Assembly: GCA_963770765.1 (NCBI GenBank)
Contig: CAVYQS010000012.1
Location: 254,173 to 318,172, forward strand
Source: an uncultured Actinomycetes bacterium
GTDB taxonomy: Bacteria > Actinomycetota > Coriobacteriia > Anaerosomatales > PHET01
Length of the DNA stretch: 64,000 bases
Direction: 5' to 3'
Position numbers and translations under genes: made by a program. The notes under the pieces were generated by a model. It was not told where the DNA came from, searched no databases, and was given only the letters and a program-made list of their open reading frames with translations. Positions 1 through 9,313 of this stretch are shown here, one piece after another (position 1 is the stretch's first letter; each line of letters begins with the position of its first letter).

Positions 1-401
1 AAGTGCGTGTAGCCGCCCGCCGCCATGGGGGCATCGGTACACAACGCCTCGGTGCGATAGACAGCTCCGTCCACCACGCTGTAGGTGACCTTGTCCGGCA
101 CCTTGTCGCCGTCCACGTCCGTGTAGATGACGCATCCTCGCGCGCCGATCTGCTCGAAAGCGCCTACCAGGGGAAGCTGGGTATGGGCGAACGGGTCTTG
201 CGCCTGGCGCAGATCGCGCCCCGCCCGGTCCACGAACCTCTGGGACTCGTCGGCAGCCGCCGCTCGGGCGATGCTGCCATCGGCCATGGTTCCCACCGCG
301 TTCATGACGAAGTAGACCACGCCGAGCATGATCGACATGAGGGCGCAGACCACCAGCAACTCGGCGATCGTCAGGCCAGCCTCATCCTTGAATAGCTTCA
401 T
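1..401 (-). CDS. Prepilin-type N-terminal cleavage/methylation domain protein (minor pilin/pseudopilin); 3' end lies outside the window
   Basis: Absent from the ORF track because it runs off the window edge. A reverse-strand ATG at 401..399 gives MKLFKDEAG|LTIAELLVVCALMSIMLGVVYFVM..., with a Gly cleavage site, Glu at +5 and a hydrophobic helix. It starts 12 nt after the stop of the upstream pilin-like gene. The + ORF 3..395 is its antisense shadow. Confidence 0.6.
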   Translation of the reverse strand, partial: MKLFKDEAGLTIAELLVVCALMSIMLGVVYFVMNAVGTMADGSIARAAAADESQRFVDRAGRDLRQAQDPFAHTQLPLVGAFEQIGARGCVIYTDVDGDKVPDKVTYSVVDGAVYRTEALCTDAPMAAGGYTH

Positions 402-412
402 CTGGTCAGATC

Positions 413-1891
413 CTAGTTGGTCGATGCGACAGCGACGGTCGTCGTTGCCCCCGAGAGGACCGCCCCGGTCTTGACCGGGGTGTACGTGCTTGTCGGCCAT
501 GAAGACCGGGTCGAGACGTAGTAGAAGTCGGCGGGCGGGAGGGCGAAGTCGATCCTGTTGCTGCCGTTCACGCCACTGGTCGTCCCCGTACCCACCTTCA
601 CCTTGTTGGAGTCGTAGACGTAGAGCGCCTTCTTCGTCGTCCCCGGGTACGTGCACCTCAGCGTTCCGAAGCGGGCCATGCCGAGTCCGCACTGATCGTC
701 GGAACCCAGCGTGATCGTCCGATTGGTGGTCGCGCTCACGTAGCCTGACTTGCTCGACAGGACCGTGTAGGTGCCCGTGGCGGTGATTCCGAACGTGGCC
801 TTACCCGCAGCATCCGTGGTTGCGGTACCCGAGGTCGGCCCGGTGAGGGAGAGGGTCGCCCCTGAGACCGGGCTGCCACTTCCCCGATCGTCGTAGACGG
901 TGACGACGAGGATCGAGTTCTTCACCAGGTTGACTGTCGTGCCCGAGTTGGTGTTGCCCTGAGCGATGGAGAAGTTCGTCGGCGTGCCACTCGCGAGCTG
1001 ATATCCGACAGGTGTCGAGAACGTCACAGCATAGTTGTCCGGAAGCAGGTTGCTGAAGAGTGTCTCGCTGCCGTTCACCGTCTTGGTCACCATGGGATTG
1101 GGCTTCACACCGGTGATCCCTACGCCCACGGCGGGGACCGTCGTGTGCCCCGGGACGGCGAACGTGAACCGATGCGAGCTGGGTTTGTACGCCGTCACCT
1201 GGCATGTCGTGGTGGATCCGCCGGCGACGGTCGGCGGCGTCACGTACGCACTGTGGTCCACCACCCAGCCGGCCCGCTTGGCCTCGAAGGTGAAACTGCC
1301 CGCACCGACGTGCCCGAAGAACGATCCGCCGGCCGCATCGGTGACGACGCGCTGGCTCGGGCCGACGCTCGCCGTGAGTGTGACCGACGCCCCGGCAAGC
1401 GGCTCGGTCGTACCGCCCTCGAGTGCTTGGACCACATTGACCAGCACATCACCCGTGTTGCTGATGTCGGACTTGCCGAAGATGCGAGTGGAGACCGTCA
1501 CCTCGCCCGGCCGCGGCGTCTGCCACGACACCGTCACGGTGACGACCCGGCACGTCGACCGGTTGCTGGCATCTCGCGCCCAGGTGACTCGGGTGTCGAC
1601 CGTGTAGTCTCCCGACTCGACGGGGTTGGTCCCCGGCCACGACGCTCCCAGGTTGTCATAGGGCTGGTTGCGCGCCTGCTCGATCTGCTTGTTGGCGAGG
1701 TTGAGCCCCTCTTCCCGGCGCGCTGTTCCCGCACTCGCGGTACCTGCGTACGCGAGTGCACTCATGGCACCGATGACGACCGTCAGGAGAATCGCGATTG
1801 CCGTGATGTACTCGGCGATCGTGAAGCCCGCCTGGTCTCCGGCGATAGCTCGTAGGCGAGACACAGCAACCTCCCCGGACGGATGCGACAA
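413..1891 (-). CDS. Large pilin-like protein: prepilin N-terminus followed by repeated beta-sandwich (carboxypeptidase-regulatory-like) modules; candidate minor or tip pilin
   Basis: 492-aa ORF. The N-terminus ...AGDQAG|FTIAEYITAIAILLTVVIGAMSALAY has the G/F cleavage site, Glu+5 and a hydrophobic helix. The rest is T/S/G/V-rich with recurring segments such as GASVTLTAS...VVTDAAGGSFF...GSFTF and GATLSLTGPTSGTATTDAAGKATF..TATGTYTV. The fold assignment is by eye only. Confidence 0.6.
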   Translation of the reverse strand: MSHPSGEVAVSRLRAIAGDQAGFTIAEYITAIAILLTVVIGAMSALAYAGTASAGTARREEGLNLANKQIEQARNQPYDNLGASWPGTNPVESGDYTVDTRVTWARDASNRSTCRVVTVTVSWQTPRPGEVTVSTRIFGKSDISNTGDVLVNVVQALEGGTTEPLAGASVTLTASVGPSQRVVTDAAGGSFFGHVGAGSFTFEAKRAGWVVDHSAYVTPPTVAGGSTTTCQVTAYKPSSHRFTFAVPGHTTVPAVGVGITGVKPNPMVTKTVNGSETLFSNLLPDNYAVTFSTPVGYQLASGTPTNFSIAQGNTNSGTTVNLVKNSILVVTVYDDRGSGSPVSGATLSLTGPTSGTATTDAAGKATFGITATGTYTVLSSKSGYVSATTNRTITLGSDDQCGLGMARFGTLRCTYPGTTKKALYVYDSNKVKVGTGTTSGVNGSNRIDFALPPADFYYVSTRSSWPTSTYTPVKTGAVLSGATTTVAVASTN

Positions 1892-1959
1892 CAGACGTGG
1901 CGCATCGCCGAACTGCAGATACGTTCCCGTCTCTACTTCGGCAGAAAGCGATGTGGACT

Positions 1960-2397
1960 TTAGCGCCCGCCTGCGATCTCTGAGGCCGCTCGCAGTGCGA
2001 GCAGGTACGATGTCGCCCCGAAGCCGGTGATCTGCCCGGCGCAGGCAGGAGCGATCACGCTCTTGCTTCTGAAGCCCTCGCGAGCGTGGATGTTGCTCAG
2101 GTGCACCTCGATGACGGGGACAGGTATGGATGCGACCGCATCATGGAGCGCGTAGGAGTAGTGGGTGAAGGCTCCCGGGTTGAAGATGACCGCGTCCACC
2201 TCGTCCCGAGCGGCGTGAAGCATCTCGATGAGTTCGCCCTCGTGGTTGGATTGCACGGTGGTCACGTCGATACCCAGATGGTGGGCAAGGCCGACGAGCT
2301 CGTGGTGGATGTCCTCCAAGGAGGCGGTGCCGTATACGTCAGGCTCTCTGGTCCCGAGCAGGTTGAGATTCGGGCCGCTCATGACGAGTACTCTCAT
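1960..2397 (-). CDS. aroQ: 3-dehydroquinate dehydratase, type II
   Basis: 145 aa. MRVLVMSGPNLNLLGTREPDVYG...HEGELIE...INPGAFTHYSYAL are classic AroQ motifs. It sits next to aroB/aroK/aroC. Confidence 0.95.
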   Translation of the reverse strand: MRVLVMSGPNLNLLGTREPDVYGTASLEDIHHELVGLAHHLGIDVTTVQSNHEGELIEMLHAARDEVDAVIFNPGAFTHYSYALHDAVASIPVPVIEVHLSNIHAREGFRSKSVIAPACAGQITGFGATSYLLALRAASEIAGGR

Positions 2398-2416
2398 CGC
2401 CTACGTGCCTCCTCGG

Positions 2417-3535
2417 TCACTCGCTGCCGGATGGCTGATCGGACTTGGACACGCGCCATGCTTCGATGTGCTGCGCGATCGTGGATTCTTGCACCGGCAC
2501 GCACGACCAGTGCCCTGGCGCCGACGGCAGCACGAATCGCACCTGGCCGCCACGCGACTTCTTGTCCGAGCGCATGGCTGCCAGCAGGTCCTCGCTGGCA
2601 TACGCCTCCGGGAGAAAGGGCAGTCCCAATGCGTCCAGCAAGGCATCTTGACGCTTGACGAGCTCGAGTGAAGCCCCCGCGACCTCGACGGCGAGCCGCA
2701 CCGCGAACCGCATGCCCTCGGCGACCGCCAGACCATGCGGAATCCGCCCGTAGCCGGCAGCGGCCTCGAGGGCATGTCCGAAGGTGTGCCCGTAGTTGAG
2801 ACACTCGCGAGTCCCGGTCTCGCGCTCATCGGCCGAGACCACGCCGGACTTGAACGTCACCGAGCGGCGCACCGCTTCGATCACGACCGCGCCGTCGCGC
2901 GCGGCGATGCCGTCGACACTGCGCTCCAGCCACGCCGTGAAGCCCTCCGAGTCGATGATCGCGCTCTTCGCGACCTCGGCGAGACCGCTCGCCCATTCGG
3001 CGCTGGGAAGGCCGTCCAGGACCGCTGTGTCCGCGATGACGAGGAGTGGTTGCTTGAATGCTCCTGCGAGGTTCTTCCCGGCCCTCAGGTCGACACCCGT
3101 CTTGCCGCCCACCGAGGAGTCCACCTGCGCGAGCAGCGTGGTCGGAATCTGCGCGAACGAGACACCCCGCAGGTACGTGGCGGCGGCGAAGCCCGCAAGA
3201 TCCCCGACCACTCCCCCGCCCAGGGCGACGACCAGGTCGTCCCGATCGAGCCCGGACGACGCCAGCGATTCGAGTATCTCTCCTGCCACGCGCCAGTTCT
3301 TCGACGCCTCCCCAGCCGGGAACGACAGGGGGAAGACCTCGAAGCCGCCGCGTGCTATCTGAGCGGTGACTCTATCACCATACAGCTCGCCCACGGTCTC
3401 ATCAGTGAGCAGAGCCACGCGACGGGCCGAGGTGACCGCCGCGAGCAGAGCACCGGCCTGGTCGATCAGCCCGGCGCCGATGACCACTTCGTAACCCCGG
3501 GAGTCCGTACGTACTTGCACGCGAGCCGGCTTCAT
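2417..3535 (-). CDS. aroB: 3-dehydroquinate synthase
   Basis: The ORF 2417..3613 is trimmed to the ATG at 3535 (MKPARVQVRTDSRGYEVVIG...), which overlaps the aroK stop as ATGA. Motifs GGGVVGDLAGFAAATYLRG, LNYGHTFGHALE and HGLAVAEG are present. Confidence 0.95.
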   Translation of the reverse strand: MKPARVQVRTDSRGYEVVIGAGLIDQAGALLAAVTSARRVALLTDETVGELYGDRVTAQIARGGFEVFPLSFPAGEASKNWRVAGEILESLASSGLDRDDLVVALGGGVVGDLAGFAAATYLRGVSFAQIPTTLLAQVDSSVGGKTGVDLRAGKNLAGAFKQPLLVIADTAVLDGLPSAEWASGLAEVAKSAIIDSEGFTAWLERSVDGIAARDGAVVIEAVRRSVTFKSGVVSADERETGTRECLNYGHTFGHALEAAAGYGRIPHGLAVAEGMRFAVRLAVEVAGASLELVKRQDALLDALGLPFLPEAYASEDLLAAMRSDKKSRGGQVRFVLPSAPGHWSCVPVQESTIAQHIEAWRVSKSDQPSGSE

Positions 3536-4044
3536 CGGGGCCCCCGCGCCTTCACGGCCTCGATGACACGTGCCGCGACCTGCTCTGGCGTGCTTCCGAC
3601 GGTGTCGATGCACACGTCAGCGGTCGCGGCGTACAGCGACTCGCGCGACGCCAGAAGCTGGCTCGCGGACAGGGCGCCGCGCTGCAGTAGCGGGCGGGCC
3701 GGATCGGGTCCCACCCGGGCGATGGTCTCGCCGGCCGTCACGATCAGGTACACCACCATTCCAAGCCCGGCCATGATCGCGCGGTTCTCATCGGCGAGCA
3801 CGATGCCTCCCCCGCACGCGACCACGCTGCGCTCAGCATCGACCAGCGACGTCAGGGCCGCGGATTCAAGCGCTCGGAAAGCGGATTCACCGTCCGCATC
3901 GAAGATCTCGCGGATGGTGCGGCCTTCCCTCTGCTCGATCAGGCGATCGAGATCGATCAGCGGCACGCCGAGCTCGTCGGCCACGAGCGCGCCGACGGTG
4001 CTCTTCCCGGCGCCCATGAAGCCGATGAGCAAGACATGGTTCAT
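3532..4044 (-). CDS. aroK: Shikimate kinase
   Basis: 170 aa. MNHVLLIGFMGAGKSTVGALVADELG carries a Walker A motif, followed by ...CGGGIV. It overlaps aroC by 4 nt. Confidence 0.95.
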   Translation of the reverse strand: MNHVLLIGFMGAGKSTVGALVADELGVPLIDLDRLIEQREGRTIREIFDADGESAFRALESAALTSLVDAERSVVACGGGIVLADENRAIMAGLGMVVYLIVTAGETIARVGPDPARPLLQRGALSASQLLASRESLYAATADVCIDTVGSTPEQVAARVIEAVKARGPR

Positions 4045-5192
4045 CCGTCGATCCGATCGACGTACGCGGCCAGCGCAGAACCGATGTCGCTCATCGTGTC
4101 GTGACCGAACTTCTCAAGGTAGGCACGCGCGAGGACGAACGCCACCTCAGCCTCGGCCACAACCGCTGCCGCGGGTACGGCACAGACATCGCTTCGCTCC
4201 GTGCTCGCCTCGATGGCCTCGCGGGTGTCCAGGTCGATGCTTCGCAGCGGCTTCATCAGAGTCGGTATCGGCTTCATCGCCGCGCGGACGACGATCGGCT
4301 CGCCGTTGGTCATGCCACCTTCGATGCCCCCGGCATGATTGGTCGACCGGTAGATGCGCCCCGCAGGGTCAGCCAAGATCTCGTCGTGTGCGGCGCTGCC
4401 AAGCGCGTGCGCCAAGGCGAACCCGTCGCCAATCTCCACGCCCTTGATCGCGGGAATCGAGATCAGAGCGCCCGCGAGCCGCCCGTCGAGTCGGTCCTCC
4501 GGCTCGGCGTAGCCGCCAACACCGGGAACGAGGCCTGTCGCCGTGACGACGAACACGCCACCCAGAGACTCACCGGCCGCGCGTGCCGCATCGATCTCGC
4601 GAATCATGAGCTCGGATACCGCGGGATCGGGACACCTCACGTCACTCGACTCGACCGCCGAAGGGTCCACCGCGCTCGCGTCGGGAACGGCCGCAAGCTC
4701 GACCGAGCCTATGGCGCTCACGTACGAGCCGATCCGCACGCCCACGGCCGAGAGGAACGCCTTCGCGATGCCGCCGGCCGCGACGCGTGCCGCAGTCTCG
4801 CGGGCACTCGCACGTTCGAGGACGTCGCGTGTGTCGTTCGAGCCGATCTTGAGCGTGCCCGGCAGATCCGCGTGCCCCGGTCGAGGGCGGGTGACGCGTA
4901 CGCCTTCGGGCTTGTCTCCGGAGGTCGCCATCACGTCGGTCCAGTTGTCCCAGTCGCGATTCGCCACCGCGAGCGCGACCGGCGTGCCGAGCGTCATGCC
5001 GAACCGCACACCCGAGAGTACCGACGCCTTGTCGGTCTCGATGCGCTGTCGGCCACCGCGCCCGTGACCCGACTGGCGCCGCGCAAGGTCCGCGTTGATC
5101 TGGTCGACGTTCACGACCACACCCGCGGGAACGCCGGTCACGATGGCGGTCAGGACTCGGCCGTGTGATTCACCGGCGGTTACGTAGCGCAT
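4041..5192 (-). CDS. aroC: Chorismate synthase
   Basis: 383 aa. MRYVTAGESHGRVLTAIVTGVPAG..., RPGHADL and GGIEGGMTNGEPIV are present. Confidence 0.95.
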   Translation of the reverse strand: MRYVTAGESHGRVLTAIVTGVPAGVVVNVDQINADLARRQSGHGRGGRQRIETDKASVLSGVRFGMTLGTPVALAVANRDWDNWTDVMATSGDKPEGVRVTRPRPGHADLPGTLKIGSNDTRDVLERASARETAARVAAGGIAKAFLSAVGVRIGSYVSAIGSVELAAVPDASAVDPSAVESSDVRCPDPAVSELMIREIDAARAAGESLGGVFVVTATGLVPGVGGYAEPEDRLDGRLAGALISIPAIKGVEIGDGFALAHALGSAAHDEILADPAGRIYRSTNHAGGIEGGMTNGEPIVVRAAMKPIPTLMKPLRSIDLDTREAIEASTERSDVCAVPAAAVVAEAEVAFVLARAYLEKFGHDTMSDIGSALAAYVDRIDG

Positions 5193-5234
5193 CGTCTCTT
5201 CCTGACCTCAGGTGCGGGTACCGCGAGCGCGCGG

Positions 5235-5849
5235 TCACTTGGTGACGCTCGACCCCACGGTCAGCTCGATCGGCGAACTATCGCCATAGATGACCGTCAC
5301 CGAGTCCGAACCGATGTCGACGACCTTCCATGGCGTGCCCGGTATCTCCTCGCCCTTGACCAGGACGTAGGTCTCCCCGTTCCACGACATGGTCGCCGTC
5401 GGTTCGCCGTCGACGGTCTGGATGCTCATGAGCATCAGCTCGTTCGAGCCGGCTGTCGTCCCACTCGACGTACCGTTACCGTCAGCATCAGCATCCTCGC
5501 TTGCGCTCTCCGTAGGCGGGGCAGGCGCTTTGATGCTCGGCGCGAAGATGTTGCGGAAGACGAACGTGTTCGAGAGCGGTACCTCGGCAGGATCGACGGG
5601 CGTGACACCCGGTGTGGTCTCAGACGATGTCACCGGAGCGGGTTCGGTGACGGGCGTGACTGTCGTCCCCGTATCGCGCAGGAAGAGCATGAACAGCGCG
5701 ACGCCAGCGACGATGACCAGCATGAACACGGCGATGACCGCCACGACGGCCTTGCCGGTGTCGGTGGAGAAGAACGACGGACTCTTCGGCTCCTCCGGCA
5801 GGGCTGCCGGGGTCTGCTCGGACTCGATCTGGGGTGCGGTGTCGACCAC
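5235..5849 (-). CDS. Single-pass membrane protein of the pilMNO cluster with a PilP/GspC-HR-like C-terminal beta domain (tentative)
   Basis: 204 aa. It has one TM helix (AVVAVIAVFMLVIVAGVALFMLF), a P/T/S-rich linker, and then LMLMSIQTVDGEPTATMSWNGETYVLVKGEEIPGTPWKVVDIGSDSVTVIYG, which resembles the PilP core. It lies directly downstream of pilO. Confidence 0.45.
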   Translation of the reverse strand: MVDTAPQIESEQTPAALPEEPKSPSFFSTDTGKAVVAVIAVFMLVIVAGVALFMLFLRDTGTTVTPVTEPAPVTSSETTPGVTPVDPAEVPLSNTFVFRNIFAPSIKAPAPPTESASEDADADGNGTSSGTTAGSNELMLMSIQTVDGEPTATMSWNGETYVLVKGEEIPGTPWKVVDIGSDSVTVIYGDSSPIELTVGSSVTK

Positions 5850-5860
5850 AGCTGCCTCCT

Positions 5861-6466
5861 CTACTGAGCCGGAGCCGGAGCCGGCGGCGTTGTGCCGGAC
5901 GTGGCTACTGACGGAGTCGCGTACGCTTCGAGCTTGATCAGCGTCTGGACCGAGTAGGGTGAGACATCGTCAAGATCGTTGGCGTCGAGCACGTTGGATG
6001 AGAACTCCACGGTCCGAATCCCACGCGTGAGCCGAGGTATGCGCTGCAGGTAGTCGACAGAGTCCGTCCACGTGCCCTGCACGGTGAGATCGAGCGGGAT
6101 CGCGAGATAGGTCCCGGTGGGCGCGATCACGGGCTCACTGGGGGTTATGGCCGTCAGCTTCACGCCTGAGGCGAAGGCGATGTCCTGCAGCTCGATGATG
6201 AGTGACGGAAGATCGGGGCTATCAGGCACGAGGCCACCGAGCTTGAGCGCCTTGGCATCCGTCTCGGCGGCTTGGTCCTTCATCCCCTCGCGCTGTTCGA
6301 GCAGCGCTTGCTGGACCGCGACATCGGCCTCGGCGTCCTGGATCTCCTGATCGAGGCCCGCCAGCTTGCTGAACTGGGGGACGACCAGGAAGCCGACGAC
6401 GATGCCCAAGACGACGACCAAGGCGACCGCGGTCAGGACGAGCTGGTCTCTCATCGATATCTTCAC
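5861..6466 (-). CDS. pilO: Type IV pilus assembly protein PilO
   Basis: 201 aa with an N-terminal TM helix, a coiled-coil (LDQEIQDAEADVAVQQALLEQREGM) and a ferredoxin-like C-terminal region. It occupies the position after pilN. Confidence 0.75.
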   Translation of the reverse strand: MKISMRDQLVLTAVALVVVLGIVVGFLVVPQFSKLAGLDQEIQDAEADVAVQQALLEQREGMKDQAAETDAKALKLGGLVPDSPDLPSLIIELQDIAFASGVKLTAITPSEPVIAPTGTYLAIPLDLTVQGTWTDSVDYLQRIPRLTRGIRTVEFSSNVLDANDLDDVSPYSVQTLIKLEAYATPSVATSGTTPPAPAPAQ

Positions 6467-6474
6467 GTGTCCAC

Positions 6475-7140
6475 CTAGTCCGCTCCGCCGGTGGGCGTGA
6501 CTGCCTGCCCGGCAGCCCCCGCAGGGGCGTCGACGTCGCGTTTGACCTCACCACTCACTTGGAAGCGAACCACGTCGGCACTGGTGGTCGGTACCGCAGA
6601 GGGCGGCTCCACCTGCCAGTCGCCGAACTCCGTCGACGAGGCCGCCGCCAACCAGACGTCCTGAAGATCGTCGAGCGAGTCGAGGCGGACCAGCGTCTTG
6701 GCGACCGACTTGTAGCCCACGTCGGAAGAGCGACTGCTTGTGAGCGGCGTGTAGCCATCGAGTGACAGGCCCGTGTCTTGCCCGACGAGCAGCTGCTCCA
6801 TCCAGACTTCCTCGGGAAGGATCAGCGAGATGTCGTCTGCGAGGCGGCCCATGTTGACCCGTCCTGCCAAGGCGGTGTTCACGACCGCCTCGCGGTCGGC
6901 GAGCTCCTGCTGCTTCTTCTCGAACACCGAGAATGCCGCTGCCTGGGACTGATACTGAGCACTCTGTTCCTTGAGTCCCTGGAGTTCGTCTTCCTTGGTC
7001 TGCGTCATGAGCCACAGCCACGCCGCTGCGAGCAGCGCAAGCACGAGAAGCACGAAGAAGGCGAAGAAGACGTACTGGTACCACTTCTCCCAGCGCCGCC
7101 GCTCGAGGACTTCAGGTGGAAGGAGGTTGATCCGCAGCAT
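6475..7140 (-). CDS. pilN: Type IV pilus assembly protein PilN
   Basis: 221 aa. MLRINLLPPEVLERRR is the PilN signature INLLP motif, followed by a TM helix. It abuts pilM. Confidence 0.8.
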   Translation of the reverse strand: MLRINLLPPEVLERRRWEKWYQYVFFAFFVLLVLALLAAAWLWLMTQTKEDELQGLKEQSAQYQSQAAAFSVFEKKQQELADREAVVNTALAGRVNMGRLADDISLILPEEVWMEQLLVGQDTGLSLDGYTPLTSSRSSDVGYKSVAKTLVRLDSLDDLQDVWLAAASSTEFGDWQVEPPSAVPTTSADVVRFQVSGEVKRDVDAPAGAAGQAVTPTGGAD

Positions 7141-8265
7141 CTACGAGACACCTCCGAGGGCCAGCCCGATCGCGGGTGCACTGCCGGCACGATCCGCCAT
7201 GACGGCCTGTTCGCACGCACCGGTGGCCGACACGAACGAGAGCGGGTCGCCGATGACGACCTGGGTCTGAAGACCCTTCTCGAGGTAGCCGGCCAGGTTG
7301 GGGATCTCGGAACTGAGCCCGGAGAGGACGATCCGCTTGATGGTCCGGACCTGGGTGACTTGGGTCAGGTAGTAGTCGAGCGAACGGCGCACCTCGGCGA
7401 TGAACTTGTTCGCCTCACGCTCGAGAACCTCTTGGGCGGTGAGGATCCTCTGACCGTCCGGCGTATCGGGCTGCAGGGCGGACCCATCGACGGCGGGCAG
7501 ACCGGCCCGCGTCTTGAGCTCTTCTGCTTCATCGAACGTGATGTTGAGTGTGTTGACGAGCGCCTGGGTGAAGTGGTTCCCGGCCAGCGACGAGACGCGC
7601 GTGAACCGCGGGATGCCGTTCTCGACCACGGCGATATTGGTGATCCCTGAGCTCATATGAACGATGCCCGTGGCGCTGTTGGGCTCTTCGCCCTCGTCGG
7701 GAATCCACGCCTGCGTGGTACCGAGCAGCGAACGGACGAGAGCGAAGGCGGTCACGTCCACTTGGACGAGCTTGAGTCCCGCGCCTTCAACGGCAGCAAC
7801 GACAGACGAGATCATGTCGCGCTCTGCCGCCACCAGCATGACTTCCATCATGTGCTCGTCGGCGGGGGTGACGTATTCGCCGATCACATGGAAGTCGATG
7901 ATCGCTTCCTCGACAGGGATCGGGATGTAGTCTTGGGCCTGGAACTGGATCGCGCCCGCAAGCTCGTTGCGCTCCATGAAGGGCAGCTCGATGAGGCGCA
8001 CGACCACCTTGTGGTTGGAGACGCCGATGGCGACCTCGCGCGACTTGAGGCCGGCTTGACGCCACAGGTCCCTGAGCGCGCTCGTGACGGCGACCGGGTC
8101 GACGATCTCGCCTTCGACAACGGCGCCCGACGGCATGGGAACGGAGCTGTATGCCGTGAGCTGGGGACCGGAGCCGGTCTGGCGCACCTGCGCCACGCGG
8201 ATGAGGTCTGTCCCGATATCGAGCCCCACGGGCGGCGGGGGCGCACCGAACGATACGGGTGCCAA
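7141..8265 (-). CDS. pilM: Type IV pilus assembly ATPase-fold protein PilM
   Basis: The ORF 7141..8343 is trimmed to the TTG at 8265..8263, which is preceded by GAGGGAGGG (5-nt spacer). The protein has VGLDIGTDLIRVAQV... and an actin-like fold throughout. The N-terminal 26 codons of the track ORF are S/R/C-rich and not protein-like. Confidence 0.85.
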   Translation of the reverse strand: MAPVSFGAPPPPVGLDIGTDLIRVAQVRQTGSGPQLTAYSSVPMPSGAVVEGEIVDPVAVTSALRDLWRQAGLKSREVAIGVSNHKVVVRLIELPFMERNELAGAIQFQAQDYIPIPVEEAIIDFHVIGEYVTPADEHMMEVMLVAAERDMISSVVAAVEGAGLKLVQVDVTAFALVRSLLGTTQAWIPDEGEEPNSATGIVHMSSGITNIAVVENGIPRFTRVSSLAGNHFTQALVNTLNITFDEAEELKTRAGLPAVDGSALQPDTPDGQRILTAQEVLEREANKFIAEVRRSLDYYLTQVTQVRTIKRIVLSGLSSEIPNLAGYLEKGLQTQVVIGDPLSFVSATGACEQAVMADRAGSAPAIGLALGGVS

Positions 8266-8333
8266 CAGGTCCCTCCCTCGACTGCTACTGCAACTGCGGC
8301 TACAAATGTGACTGCTTTGTCGGCTCTGCGCTG

Positions 8334-8359
8334 AGAATATCACAAACGGAGAATGTCAA
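8334..8359 (-). promoter_or_regulatory. Candidate promoter for pilMNO
   Basis: On the minus strand a perfect TTGACA (8359..8354) is followed after 14 nt by TATTCT (8339..8334; TAnnnT type). It lies inside a 229-nt, lower-GC gap between pilD and pilM. The spacing is suboptimal. Confidence 0.3.
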
Positions 8360-8494
8360 CCCCGCTCAAGTCCCCTGCTCATGGGCCGCGAACCCTCGCA
8401 CGCGCGCTTGTGATCGCATGCTCACCCTACTTATCGAACGAAGTGGCCCACAACTGAAGAGCCGCGGCCCACTTTTTGTGATTGATGTCACTTT

Positions 8495-9313
8495 TCACAT
8501 GATGAGACCGACGTACCACTCCCACGCCGCGGGTCCCCAGATCGTCACGATGACTGCAGCGAGCGCGAGGAAGGGGCCGAACGGGAACTTGAATGCGAGC
8601 GATCCCCCGGTGCGGCGCGAGGCGAACACGCCGTACAGCGCACCGATGATGCTGCCCACGAAGAGAACGAGCATGCCGTACAGGCCCAGGTAGACGCCGA
8701 TGGCGCCCAGAAGCTTGACGTCGCCCATGCCGAAACCCTCGCGCTTGCGCATGAGCGCATAGCCGCCCGCGATCGCGAGCGCCACTCCTGCGGATGCCAG
8801 CGCGCCAAGAACCGACACCGCCAGCGGATACGAGAGCAGGCCGGTTCCGAGGGGCACGAGCGGCACGGCGGCGACGCCGCTCACCTGGCTGAATGCGGCT
8901 CCGATCAATCCACAGGCGAATAGTCCCCCCACGAGCGGGTTGGGCAGGCGCATCGTGTCCAGGTCGATGAAGGCGAGCAACAGGAGCAGGTAGAACATCA
9001 CGATCGCCCACACCGCCTGCGCAGTCATGCCGAAGTGCACGCCGGCGGCGACCCACAGCGCGCCCGACAGCAGCTCCACCGTGGGGTATCGCCGCGAGAT
9101 CGGCTCGTGACACTCCCGGCACCGGCCGCGCAGCAGGACCCAGGACAGCACGGGGATGTTGTCCCGCCACGTGATGGGAGTATGGCAGTGCGGGCACGCC
9201 GACGGCGGATGCGAGACGGACTCGCCGCGCGGGAATCGCCAGATGACGACGTTGGCGAAGGAACCGAAAGCGAGCCCGAAGGCGAACAGCGCGACGAGGT
9301 AGAGAGTGTCCAG
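8495..9313 (-). CDS. pilD: Prepilin peptidase / N-methyltransferase (A24 family)
   Basis: The track ORF 8495..9151 lacks the N-terminus. The same frame continues upstream as ...LDTLYLVALFAFGLAFGSFANVVIWRFPRGESVSHPPSACPHCHTPITWRDNIPVLSW, which holds the first TM helix and the CxxC...CxxC zinc module. No in-frame ATG, GTG or TTG exists there. GGAGG (9324..9320) followed by 6 nt and CTG (9313) is the best start, so the start is uncertain. Confidence 0.85.
   Translation of the reverse strand: MDTLYLVALFAFGLAFGSFANVVIWRFPRGESVSHPPSACPHCHTPITWRDNIPVLSWVLLRGRCRECHEPISRRYPTVELLSGALWVAAGVHFGMTAQAVWAIVMFYLLLLLAFIDLDTMRLPNPLVGGLFACGLIGAAFSQVSGVAAVPLVPLGTGLLSYPLAVSVLGALASAGVALAIAGGYALMRKREGFGMGDVKLLGAIGVYLGLYGMLVLFVGSIIGALYGVFASRRTGGSLAFKFPFGPFLALAAVIVTIWGPAAWEWYVGLIM

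Noticed and set aside
2735-4447. Very long + strand ORFs (for example 2735..4447 at 570 aa, 9918..10925, 39963..41756 at 597 aa, 44038..45216 and 61739..63313 at 524 aa) that could be taken for genes.
   Set aside because: Each lies exactly antisense to a well-conserved minus-strand gene (aroB/aroK/aroC, pilC, relA, recJ, pdxT/pdxS). They are Arg/Pro/Gly/Asp-rich with no recognisable motifs, which is the typical open antisense frame of GC-rich DNA.
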